Assembly: GCA_964012805.1 (NCBI GenBank) | Contig: CAXGUD010000011.1 | Coordinates: forward strand, 1-64,000 | Source: an uncultured Bacteriovoracaceae bacterium | GTDB taxonomy: Bacteria > Bdellovibrionota > Bacteriovoracia > Bacteriovoracales > Bacteriovoracaceae | Direction of reading: 5' to 3' | Length of the DNA stretch: 64,000 nt | Shown here: in pieces, positions 52,764 through 61,833 of the stretch | Numbering within the stretch: position 1 is the stretch's first letter | Layout: every line of letters begins with the position of its first letter | Translations under genes and position numbers: made by a program | The notes under the pieces: generated by a model | Databases searched by the model: none | Seen by the model: only the letters and a program-made list of their open reading frames with translations | What the model was told of the DNA's origin: nothing

Positions 52764-53642
52764 ATGGTGGATAAGGTCAATGATGACTTTTCTGAGGGCC
52801 AGTTCATAAAGATCAAAGAGGCGGAGGTTAAAAAAAAGTTCTCCGAAGTGGCAATCCAAAAAGGTCATGTTAAAGCATGGGAAAGTGGTAAAGAAAAAGC
52901 ACTAGATTGTGTCCTAGATTCTTTAGAGGATGCAGAAAAAGAAGAGTCTATAAAAATTACTCTAAAAATGAAAGAAGAAGCCAGTGTTAAAGACCTTAGA
53001 GGTAAGGAATTATTTATTTATTTTTCTATAAAGAAATCTAAGTTTTTTTCCAAAGGGCGTGTAGAGAGTATTGAAAATGATACCAACCTCAAACTTGCTT
53101 TAGATGGTGATTTATATAAGTTAGATCAAAGAAGATCAAAGAGGATTACAACTTTTCCAAGTCATCGAGTCTACTCTTACATAAAAATACAAGAAGGTAG
53201 TGGAGCAGAGGTCATTCATCTCAATAGACCTAAGGACCATCTCCATAATTTTTTTAAAAATTTCCAAAAGCAGGTATTGCATAGTCAGTTTAATAGTTCA
53301 AATCCGCTAGAAAAAGACTTTATGGATGATTATATTGGTTTCAGAGTTCTTGACTTAAGTAATGATGGGCTTTCCTTCTTACTTAATCATATAGAGGCTG
53401 ATTATCTTAAAAAACTTAAAAAATCTTTTAAGATGATTCTAAATTTCAATGGAAAAGAGGACGTGATTGAAGATTGCTCTGTCAGTTATTTAATACCTTA
53501 TGTAAACTCTAGTCTTGGAAGCTTGTCCCTTTTTAAGGTAGGTTTAAGCTTTAAAAAAATTGAGGGGCTTATAGAAAGGCCAAAAGAAGAGGATCAAGAA
53601 ACTGGTGCCGATTTAGAACGCTTTGCAAGTTTTATGAAATGA
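52764..53642 (+). CDS. PilZ-domain (c-di-GMP receptor, YcgR-like) protein
   Basis: QRRSKR (RxxxR) and DLSNDG (DxSxxG) motifs after an N-terminal beta-rich domain. Confidence 0.72.
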   Translation: MVDKVNDDFSEGQFIKIKEAEVKKKFSEVAIQKGHVKAWESGKEKALDCVLDSLEDAEKEESIKITLKMKEEASVKDLRGKELFIYFSIKKSKFFSKGRVESIENDTNLKLALDGDLYKLDQRRSKRITTFPSHRVYSYIKIQEGSGAEVIHLNRPKDHLHNFFKNFQKQVLHSQFNSSNPLEKDFMDDYIGFRVLDLSNDGLSFLLNHIEADYLKKLKKSFKMILNFNGKEDVIEDCSVSYLIPYVNSSLGSLSLFKVGLSFKKIEGLIERPKEEDQETGADLERFASFMK

Positions 53643-54433
53643 AATTAACAAAAAAAGAGAGTCGCATTCTTTTTTTCTTGAATGGTTTTTTGAAACTAGT
53701 TCTTATTCCTTTAACATTATCCTGCTCATTCAATTCTAATTTAAAATTAAAAAAGCCAAAGTCAAAAAAAGAAAAATTTACATTTTCAGATACAACAGGA
53801 AAATTTTCGGTTCTTCGAAGATCTGGTTTAAGTTCCTCTAAAGAGTTCGTTACAAAAGAAGAGCTGTTTCCGTATAACAAATGGGAAGAGCCAGTTCTAG
53901 AAAAGGGAATAATGATTTCATCATATTCTAAGTATAATGAGAAAATTCCAGTTATGATTCCTAAAGTATCTCAAAGAGTTTTTTGGTTTGATAAAAAAAA
54001 ATATTTTACTGAATCAAAACTTTATATGGATAGAAAGGAAGCAAGATTTAGGTGGAGAAGTCCATCAGATAAAAATTTGAATAAGAAGATAGTTAAGCTT
54101 GATAGTGAAAGAAAGTTATATTGTTTTTTTGGTCAGCTAACTGATTGCATAAAAAAAACAGGCTTTTTTAAAAAATCAAAAGCTAAAAAAAGTGGCGTGG
54201 TTTATCTTTCCATTATTTTTGATGGCTATCCATTTTTTAATGAACAGTTTGGCATACTAAAAAGTAGTCCAATTTTAGAGTCGGATTTCTCTTTCGAAAA
54301 AGAAATGGAGAATGGGAATGTGCGCTATTCACTCTCTTTTTTGGATCAAAAAATAACCTATTTTGTTGATGGTGAAGGGAATTTAATAGACAAGTTTTGG
54401 ATATCTCAGGGATTATCTTTAAAGAAGATTTAA
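53639..54433 (+). CDS. Hypothetical exported protein / probable lipoprotein
   Basis: Basic N-terminus, hydrophobic stretch and LTLS-C lipobox-like motif; ATGA overlap with the upstream gene. Confidence 0.6.
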   Translation: MKLTKKESRILFFLNGFLKLVLIPLTLSCSFNSNLKLKKPKSKKEKFTFSDTTGKFSVLRRSGLSSSKEFVTKEELFPYNKWEEPVLEKGIMISSYSKYNEKIPVMIPKVSQRVFWFDKKKYFTESKLYMDRKEARFRWRSPSDKNLNKKIVKLDSERKLYCFFGQLTDCIKKTGFFKKSKAKKSGVVYLSIIFDGYPFFNEQFGILKSSPILESDFSFEKEMENGNVRYSLSFLDQKITYFVDGEGNLIDKFWISQGLSLKKI

Positions 54434-54459
54434 AAATTGAAAAAGGAAGATGAAAAAGA

Positions 54460-55374
54460 GTGGTAAATCAAAAGAAAGTTGTAAATTTAACTTTGACGTG
54501 TTTTCTAACATTAGTAGCTATTTTCTTCCTTGTAAGGATGGCACCTGGAGATCCTGTAGAGAGATTGTTGGGACCAGAAGCAACTTACGAGGAAATACAA
54601 AACTATAGAAATGACTTAGGGTTAAATGATACAATTTTAATTCAGTTTAAAACATTCTTTTTAAATACGCTTAAAGGAGACTTGGGAAAATCTCTTTTTA
54701 AAAGAAAAGATGTCATGACCCTTCTTTCAAAGCATTTTAAACCAACTCTTGTTATAGCCTTTTTTACGATAATTATTAGTAGTTTTTGTGGCATAACTTT
54801 TGGGTTAATTTCGGCTGTATACAAATCCAGAAAGCCAGACCATATGTTAAGACTTTTTTCAATATTTGCCCTTTCCTTCCCAATCTTTTCTTTGGGTCCA
54901 ATCCTAGTCTATATATTTTCAATAAAATTGCAGGCCTTTCCTGTTTCGGAATGGGGCGATGGAGGGTTTAAACATCTTTTTCTTCCAGTTATGACTTTAG
55001 TTATTCCCTTAAGTTCAGTTTTATCAAGATTCACTAGAAATAAATTTTTAGAAGAAATGAAGGCCCAGTGGATAGAAATATTGAAAGCTAAAGGTTTATC
55101 AACCTTTTCAATAAATTTAAGAGTGTTAAAAGTCTGCGCACCATCACTATTAAATGTTATTGCAATACAGTTATCTGTTATTTTGGCAGGTACGATGGTT
55201 ACAGAGACAATTTTTGATATACCAGGGATGGGCTCTTTATTGTTAGAAGCTATTCAGAATAGAGATTATCCCATAGTCCAAGGAGTCATATTATATTCGA
55301 CATTAATTTACATGGTTATTTATTTTTTAACGGATTATTTGGCACAAAAGTGTGATCCAAGGATTAGTAATTAG
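54460..55374 (+). CDS. Oligopeptide/dipeptide ABC transporter permease (OppB/DppB type)
   Basis: PGDP, GDLGKS, EAA-like KAKGLS and ETIFDIPGMG...RDYPIVQG motifs. Confidence 0.93.
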   Translation: MVNQKKVVNLTLTCFLTLVAIFFLVRMAPGDPVERLLGPEATYEEIQNYRNDLGLNDTILIQFKTFFLNTLKGDLGKSLFKRKDVMTLLSKHFKPTLVIAFFTIIISSFCGITFGLISAVYKSRKPDHMLRLFSIFALSFPIFSLGPILVYIFSIKLQAFPVSEWGDGGFKHLFLPVMTLVIPLSSVLSRFTRNKFLEEMKAQWIEILKAKGLSTFSINLRVLKVCAPSLLNVIAIQLSVILAGTMVTETIFDIPGMGSLLLEAIQNRDYPIVQGVILYSTLIYMVIYFLTDYLAQKCDPRISN

Positions 55375-55375
55375 T

Positions 55376-56221
55376 ATGAAATTAAAAAGTCTTAAATTAA
55401 AAAAAAATGGAGAGCTCCTAATCGGAGGAGGAATTTGTAGCATATTTTTTTTATGGTCTCTTGGATGGTTTATTTATTCAACTATGATAAATGGATCCTT
55501 TAAAAATCCTTTTGTTCCAAAAATGGATATGAAGTATGAATTGATCTTACCTTTTCAAGAAAAGTTTTTTATGGGAACAGATGTTTATGGCAGATCGCTT
55601 TTTGAAGTTATATCATCTGGGGTTTCATATTCCATATTAATTTCATTAACAGTAAGCTTTTTTGCATCAGTAATTGGCTTAATAATAGGATATTTTTCAG
55701 TTTCTGGAAGTAATACTGTAAAAAAGCTATTTGATTTCATGACTAATTTTGTATTTATTTTACCAAGCCTTTTACTTGCAATATTATTAATGTCTTTTTC
55801 AGGTCAGTCCTTATTAGGTCTTATACTAGTATTAGTTTTAACTGGCTGGCCTTCTTATGCAAAACTAGCGAGAGGAGAAACAAAAAGAATTATGGGCTTG
55901 TGTTATTTAGAAGGTGCAAGGGCCATGGGGGCAACACGCTTAAGAATAATGTTAAAAGTTATTTTTCCAGAAATATTGCCTGTTTTTGTTGTTAATATAA
56001 TTTTAGGACTTAGTGGGGTTATAATTAGTGAGGCAACTCTTGGATTCTTGGGGCTTGGAGGAAGTGAGTATTCATGGGGTGTCTTATTATCTATGGGTAA
56101 AGACGTTTTATTAGAAGGTCCACATATTGTTATTATTTCAAGCATGGTGCTGGGGTTATTGATAATAGGCCTTAATTTTTTTGGAGACGGTTTAAGAGAT
56201 TATTTAGATCCAAAGAGCTAA
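55376..56221 (+). CDS. Oligopeptide/dipeptide ABC transporter permease (OppC/DppC type)
   Basis: MGTDVYGRS, EGARAMGA, EATLGFLGLG and NFFGDGLRDYLDP motifs. Confidence 0.93.
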   Translation: MKLKSLKLKKNGELLIGGGICSIFFLWSLGWFIYSTMINGSFKNPFVPKMDMKYELILPFQEKFFMGTDVYGRSLFEVISSGVSYSILISLTVSFFASVIGLIIGYFSVSGSNTVKKLFDFMTNFVFILPSLLLAILLMSFSGQSLLGLILVLVLTGWPSYAKLARGETKRIMGLCYLEGARAMGATRLRIMLKVIFPEILPVFVVNIILGLSGVIISEATLGFLGLGGSEYSWGVLLSMGKDVLLEGPHIVIISSMVLGLLIIGLNFFGDGLRDYLDPKS

Positions 56222-56239
56222 AAGAATAAGGGATAAAAA

Positions 56240-57337
56240 ATGATTGATATAGGGCAACTTATTTTGATGGGCATTGAGGGAAAAAGCCTTCTCCCGGAAG
56301 AAGCAGATTTCATTAAAAAAGAAAATATTGGTGGAATAATCTTATTTTCAAAAAATTATGAAGACCCAGTCCAATTAGCACAACTCGTAAACTCTATTCA
56401 GAAACTTAGAAAGGATTATCCACTCTTCATATCTGTTGATCATGAAGGTGGAAGAGTTATTCGATTTAGAGATCATTTTACGCAATTTCCACCAATGCTA
56501 GATATTGCTAAGCTTGATTCTCCCAAGTGTTTTTATTCTCTTTCTAAAATTATGGCAGAGGAGCTTTTGTTATGTGGAGTAAACTTCAACTTTTCTCCTT
56601 GCTGCGATATTTTGACCAATGAAAAAAATATTGTCATAGGTAATAGGGCTTTTGGAAAGGACTCCGAAACTGTTTCAAAATTTATATCCTCTGCAATAAG
56701 GGGTTTTCAAACTAATGGTATGGTGGCATGTGCGAAACATTTCCCAGGCCATGGATCAACTTATAAAGATTCTCATTTTGATTTACCTGAAATTGGAAAA
56801 AGTTTAGATGAGTTGAGAGGCAAAGAGTTTTTACCCTTTAAAAAAGCTATAAAATCTAGGGTGGAGTTCATAATGATGGGTCACCTTTTAATCCCTACCG
56901 TAGATCCATCTTTCCCAGCATCATTGAGTAAAAAATGGCACGATATTTTGAGAAAAGAGTTAAAGTTCGATAAATTGATCATTAGTGATGATTTACAAAT
57001 GGAAGCGATTACGAAGCATTTTACTTTAGAAGAAGCTTCAACAACGGCTTTGGATGCTGGTTCAGATATATTAATTTATCGTGATTTTGAACATGCACAA
57101 AAAGGTCATCAAGCAATTATCGAAGGCTTAAAAGAGAAAAAGTTGAACTCTGGTCAGATTTATGAAAAGAATAAACGAATTCTTGACTGTAAGAAGAGGT
57201 TTTTTAAAGAATATAAGCCTGTTTATGTGAAGGGTATCGAGAAAAAATTAAATATTGAATCTACAAAAACTTTTTTGAAAGATATAACAGCTAAAATTTC
57301 TACAAAGGCACAAGATAGTAACATAGAAGCTTATTAA
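56240..57337 (+). CDS. nagZ: Beta-N-acetylhexosaminidase NagZ (GH3)
   Basis: SVDHEGGRV, KHFPGHG.....DSH and ISDDLQM motifs; no signal peptide. Confidence 0.93.
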   Translation: MIDIGQLILMGIEGKSLLPEEADFIKKENIGGIILFSKNYEDPVQLAQLVNSIQKLRKDYPLFISVDHEGGRVIRFRDHFTQFPPMLDIAKLDSPKCFYSLSKIMAEELLLCGVNFNFSPCCDILTNEKNIVIGNRAFGKDSETVSKFISSAIRGFQTNGMVACAKHFPGHGSTYKDSHFDLPEIGKSLDELRGKEFLPFKKAIKSRVEFIMMGHLLIPTVDPSFPASLSKKWHDILRKELKFDKLIISDDLQMEAITKHFTLEEASTTALDAGSDILIYRDFEHAQKGHQAIIEGLKEKKLNSGQIYEKNKRILDCKKRFFKEYKPVYVKGIEKKLNIESTKTFLKDITAKISTKAQDSNIEAY

Positions 57338-57480
57338 AAATCTCTATTTTCTAGTACCTTCAATAAGTTGACTTTATTCGTTTTTAGGAAAAATATTCTG
57401 TAAGAAGTTTTTCCTGTCTAATTCTTTTTTTTGTTATCCTAGAGTATGGGACTCTTTGCATATTGAAAGGAACCCCATAC

Positions 57481-58944
57481 ATGAATCTAGAAAATATTTT
57501 AACCAAATTAATAAGAGTCTTTTTAGTTCTGATTCTTCTCTTTCCTATTTTTGAATCCTATGGTTCATCTGACTTAGATGATGAAGAAAAATCAATAAAA
57601 GAAGAGTGTAAAAAAGGAAATGAAAGAGAGTGCTACAAGTTAGCAAGTTTTTATGAACAATATGGCTACAAGGTAAAGGTAGAAAAAAGACTTGTAAGAA
57701 GTAAAAAAAGGGGAATAAGGGAAGCATTAAAAATATATAAAAAACAGTGTGATGAACTTGGTATTGAAAATAATAATGGTTATAAGAGTTGTCAAAAATT
57801 GGAAGGAGGAACAAAAGAGATTTTTATTGGGGTTACTTATAAAGGTGCAAGAAAGAGGTATATAGATCAGTGTAGAAATAATATATTATCTGGCTGCTAT
57901 AATCTTGGCTTAGTCTATGAAAAGGGTCAGAAATTAAAAAAAGCAAAAAAATTATTCTTAAGAGCGTGTCCAGATCCTAACTTTGAATACAAACCTGGTT
58001 ATGTTAGGTCGGCTTGTACAAAGCTGAAAGGAGAAGAGTCTTCATGGAAAGTTTTTTATGGAGCTGTTATTTTAGCTGGAGTATCAATTTTTATTATTGC
58101 GATTAGCATTTTTAAGGATGAGGGTGAATATCAGGCTACAGAACAAGGTGATGAGAGTGGAAAAAAAGAAGAAGTAGAAGATCATGGAATTATATTAAGA
58201 TACTCGAGACCTTTTTTTAAACGGTATATCTCACCGATTGTATCTTCAATGAAAGGTAAAAGAAAAATAAGAGACAAATATAGACAGAAATTAGCTAGCT
58301 CAGGCCTTTCTGATTATTTAACCCCAGAAGATTTTTTATCCTTCAAGTTATTTTTAATTGTTGGATTTCCTATCCTTTTTTTAATTTTAAGGACATTTTT
58401 AGAGGGAGATTGGCCTCTGACCTTAGTACCACTTGTTTCTTTTGCTGGATTTGTTTATCCAGATATGTGGATTAATGGAAAAATAGATCAGCGGCAAAAA
58501 GATGTTATAATGGCGATGCCCTTTTCCGTTGATATGATGGCTCTTTCTGTTGAAGCAGGTTTAGATTTTGCAGCAGCTATTACTAAAGTAGTTGAAAAAG
58601 CAAAAAAAAGTCCATTGAATGATGAATTAATGACTTTTTTAAAAGAAATAAAAGTAGGAGCAAGTAGAGCTGAAGCTTTGAGAAATTTAGCTTGGAGAAT
58701 TGATTTAATACAAATGTCATCATTCTGTGCGACACTTATAGCAGCAGATTCTGTTGGGGCTTCTATAGGCCCGATTTTAAAAAATTTATCGAATGAAATA
58801 AGACAAAAAAAATCAGCTCAAGTTGAAAAAGATGGAGCTACTGCAGCTACAAAAATTCTTTTTCCAATGCTTTTCATAATTGTACCCGCAGTTTTTATTA
58901 CAGTTGGAGCACCTTTGGCCCTACAAATGTTTATGGGAAGATAA
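57481..58944 (+). CDS. TadC-like (T2SS F family) inner-membrane platform protein with an N-terminal Cys-rich Sel1-like periplasmic domain
   Basis: The C-terminal part has TadC hallmarks (MPFSVDMMALSVEAGLDF..A, E...G.SR.EAL, KILFPM). The N-terminal part is a hydrophobic leader plus 8 Cys in pairs such as C..GN..EC..L...Y and GCYNLG..YE.G. Confidence 0.85.
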   Translation: MNLENILTKLIRVFLVLILLFPIFESYGSSDLDDEEKSIKEECKKGNERECYKLASFYEQYGYKVKVEKRLVRSKKRGIREALKIYKKQCDELGIENNNGYKSCQKLEGGTKEIFIGVTYKGARKRYIDQCRNNILSGCYNLGLVYEKGQKLKKAKKLFLRACPDPNFEYKPGYVRSACTKLKGEESSWKVFYGAVILAGVSIFIIAISIFKDEGEYQATEQGDESGKKEEVEDHGIILRYSRPFFKRYISPIVSSMKGKRKIRDKYRQKLASSGLSDYLTPEDFLSFKLFLIVGFPILFLILRTFLEGDWPLTLVPLVSFAGFVYPDMWINGKIDQRQKDVIMAMPFSVDMMALSVEAGLDFAAAITKVVEKAKKSPLNDELMTFLKEIKVGASRAEALRNLAWRIDLIQMSSFCATLIAADSVGASIGPILKNLSNEIRQKKSAQVEKDGATAATKILFPMLFIIVPAVFITVGAPLALQMFMGR

Positions 58945-59297
58945 TGGTTAAGCTAGTATGCAAAGATAAAAATATGATTTTAGGAGAGAAGGTTTTTATT
59001 GCCTCATCTTTTTTTGAAAGATTAAAGGGACTGATGTTTGACGATAAATTAGGGAAGGATTTTGATGGAATGTTAATAAAACATTGTAACTCTATTCATA
59101 CTTTCTTTATGAATTATGAAATTGATGTCCTATTTTTGAATAGAAATTTAGAGGTAATTAAAATACTTAGAGAAATTAAACCTTGGAGAATAACTAAAAT
59201 ATATTTTAGTGCGAGCCAAGTTTTAGAATTAAAAGGAGGAAGTTTGTCTTCAAAAATAGTTGAAGGTGATCTTTTGGAAGAAGTATGTATAAATTAG
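58944..59297 (+). CDS. DUF192-like protein
   Basis: ASSFFERLKGLMF, SIHTFFMNYEIDVLFL, PWR and VLEL..G match the DUF192 pattern. Confidence 0.8.
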   Translation: MVKLVCKDKNMILGEKVFIASSFFERLKGLMFDDKLGKDFDGMLIKHCNSIHTFFMNYEIDVLFLNRNLEVIKILREIKPWRITKIYFSASQVLELKGGSLSSKIVEGDLLEEVCIN

Positions 59298-60841
59298 TTT
59301 CTATAGCAGGGCCTTTAAGAGGAAAAGAATACGATTTAAATGAGGGTTCTAACCTTATAGGTCGTAATGATGATTGTGATATTATTATTGAAAATCAAGG
59401 CATTTCAAAAAAACATTTTAATATAACTGTGACGGGTGATTTCGCTTACTTAAAGGATTTAGATAGTTCTAATGGGACATTTTTAAATGGAAAGTTATTT
59501 CAAAGTGGAACTATTAAAAATGGTGACAGAATCGCTCTTCCTGACAATATACTTCAAGTAGTTCATGTAGAAGAAAGAAAGATAATAATTAAAAAGAAAT
59601 TAACAGATGGTGATGCCGGACAAAGTGAAGATGATATTTTTAAAGGAGGTGAGACTCCTAATGCTTTACCAGATAAATTAATTCATATTTTTAAATATAG
59701 AATTATGAATTTTATCCACGGCATAAATGAAGAATATGAGTGGAGGATTTTATTAGGAATATTGATTTTTGCTTTTTCAGTTTTAATTATATCCGTATCA
59801 ATATTCCCTGTATTAAGAACTACTCAAGCTATAATTTTAGAAGAAACCAAAAAAAGGGGACGGCATTTTGCGGAAGAAGTGGCCCGTATTAATAAAAATG
59901 CCTTAGCAAGAAAAAATTTAGATAGGATAGATACAGCATTTCTTAATGATGAAAAAGAAGTTGTCTACGAGTTGATGGATTTAGAGGGAAGAATCGTAAA
60001 CCCTTTAAGTAAAAGAAATACCTATACGAATGATACATTTTCATTGAGAGCTAAAGAGGAGATGGAAAAAACTGGAAGAAATACTTTTTTTAAAAATGAT
60101 TTAGGAGGAGGTGTTATTGGTGTTGCTCAAAGAATTAGAGCAATAAATACGAAAACAGGAGGATCTGAGGCTGTAGGAATGATTGCACTTAAGTTTACTT
60201 CTGAGTCTCTATCAAATCGAGAAGCTAAAGACAGAGTTGCTTATATGGAGGCTTTGGCAATATCAATCGGTTTATGTGTGGTTTTTTTTGGTTTTATTTA
60301 CTTTTTAACTTTAAGACCAATTGAGGAGATAAGGTTTTTAACGGAAGAAGGTATGAAGGGAAAAGTAAGAAATGTCGAAGGCAAGTATCTAATGAATGAA
60401 TTGAATATTCTAAAAAATTCAATTAACACTCTTCTTCATCGAAACCGAGAGCTTTCTAATGAAGGTGGTGATGAATTTGCCGAAGTTGAAAGTGATGAAG
60501 CTTATGTTCAAAGTCTTAGAGAAATATTAGTAGGTGCTGGTGTGCCTGCACTAATATTAAATTCAGAAAAAAACTTAATGAATATAAATACGGAAGCGGA
60601 AGATCTATGTGGAATTAGAGAGAATACATCACAAGGTATGAGTCTATTAGATGTATCGCGAGAAAAAGGGTTTGCAGCAACAATTATTGAGTTATGTGAT
60701 AATTCAGCAAGTAATAATGGATTAAGTCAAGATGGAATTTATGAGATAGGTGGTAATGATCATAATATATTCGTCTCTTCCTTAATGGGTAGGGATAATT
60801 ATGCAAAGGCATTTTATATCACTTTCATTAAAGAAAGCTAA
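59285..60841 (+). CDS. FHA-domain membrane protein (FHA, TM, periplasmic domain, TM, HAMP-like, PAS-like)
   Basis: FHA motifs IGR...ISKKH...DLDSSNGTFLNG; two TM helices; LRPIEEI HAMP-like start; C-terminal PALILN......NINTEAEDLCG PAS-like segment. Confidence 0.82.
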   Translation: MYKLVSIAGPLRGKEYDLNEGSNLIGRNDDCDIIIENQGISKKHFNITVTGDFAYLKDLDSSNGTFLNGKLFQSGTIKNGDRIALPDNILQVVHVEERKIIIKKKLTDGDAGQSEDDIFKGGETPNALPDKLIHIFKYRIMNFIHGINEEYEWRILLGILIFAFSVLIISVSIFPVLRTTQAIILEETKKRGRHFAEEVARINKNALARKNLDRIDTAFLNDEKEVVYELMDLEGRIVNPLSKRNTYTNDTFSLRAKEEMEKTGRNTFFKNDLGGGVIGVAQRIRAINTKTGGSEAVGMIALKFTSESLSNREAKDRVAYMEALAISIGLCVVFFGFIYFLTLRPIEEIRFLTEEGMKGKVRNVEGKYLMNELNILKNSINTLLHRNRELSNEGGDEFAEVESDEAYVQSLREILVGAGVPALILNSEKNLMNINTEAEDLCGIRENTSQGMSLLDVSREKGFAATIIELCDNSASNNGLSQDGIYEIGGNDHNIFVSSLMGRDNYAKAFYITFIKES

Positions 60842-60849
60842 GTAATGTT

Positions 60850-61833
60850 ATGGCCGGAAAAACAGTTATTCTTAAAAAAGATTTCAAGCCTATATCTGTT
60901 TCAGGGAAACATCATAGGATTTTGTGCCTAACTGGAGTAAATAAAGGCTTTTCATACTATTTAAAAAGTAAAAGAATCTTAATGGGGAGGAGTAAAAGAG
61001 TAGATATTCCTGTTTTAGATCAGCAGTCTTCGAGAAAACACGCAGAATTAATTAAAATTGACGATTACTATGTTCTAACAGACTTAGGTTCACAAAATGG
61101 TTTGTATGTTGATGAGCATAAAATAATTCAACATAAATTAAGTGATGGAGAAAGGATTATAATAGGAAAAACTGCATTTCGCTATAATATAATAATCAAT
61201 AATGAAAACTATGAAGATGAAGATGAAGATGAATACGAAGATGAAGATGAGATCAATGAATTTAAAAATAATGAAGGAAGCTTAAAAGGCAGTAATAAAG
61301 ATAAAAAAAATAAAAAGATGCTGTTTGTTATAGTTGGACTGTTCTTGCTTTTTATGCTTCTGGACGACGAGGGAAAAGGTAAAAAAGGGAAAAAGAAAAA
61401 ATCAAAAAAGGGTGATGAGATAAGCAGTTTATTAAAGAAAAAAGAAAGTCGTAAAAGCTCAGATATTGAAAATAGGGTAGACATAATTTTAAAGAGAGGA
61501 TTAAGAGAGTATCGAGAAGGAAATTATTTTAGAGCAATTGCGGAGTTTAACTATGCTCTAATATTATCCCCTAATCATGCTAGATCTAGCTTCTATTTAA
61601 ATCGAGCAAAGCAAGATCTAGATAAGGAAATAAATGCAAACTTTGAAAGATCAAAGAGATCGCTTTCTTCACTTAAATACGGAGAAGCAATTGTAGCAAA
61701 CTGTGAAGTGACTAAATTTTTAAAAGGCTATGAATTAGATGACAGATACAAGGAAGCAATATCCAATTTGAATAAAATAAAAGTTAAACTAAATAAAGAT
61801 ATGAATGTAGACCTTTGTGGAGCCAAAAGGTGA
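60850..61833 (+). CDS. FHA-domain membrane protein with C-terminal TPR
   Basis: FHA motifs MGR...SSRKH...DLGSQNG, acidic E/D tract, single TM, then TPR-like GLREYREGNYFRAIAEFNYALILSP. Confidence 0.85.
   Translation: MAGKTVILKKDFKPISVSGKHHRILCLTGVNKGFSYYLKSKRILMGRSKRVDIPVLDQQSSRKHAELIKIDDYYVLTDLGSQNGLYVDEHKIIQHKLSDGERIIIGKTAFRYNIIINNENYEDEDEDEYEDEDEINEFKNNEGSLKGSNKDKKNKKMLFVIVGLFLLFMLLDDEGKGKKGKKKKSKKGDEISSLLKKKESRKSSDIENRVDIILKRGLREYREGNYFRAIAEFNYALILSPNHARSSFYLNRAKQDLDKEINANFERSKRSLSSLKYGEAIVANCEVTKFLKGYELDDRYKEAISNLNKIKVKLNKDMNVDLCGAKR

Noticed and set aside
61213..61251. GAAGAT microsatellite-like runs (also about 62938-62970) as phase-variation tracts
   Set aside because: They are in-frame, imperfect codon repeats encoding acidic linkers, and unit lengths are multiples of 3.
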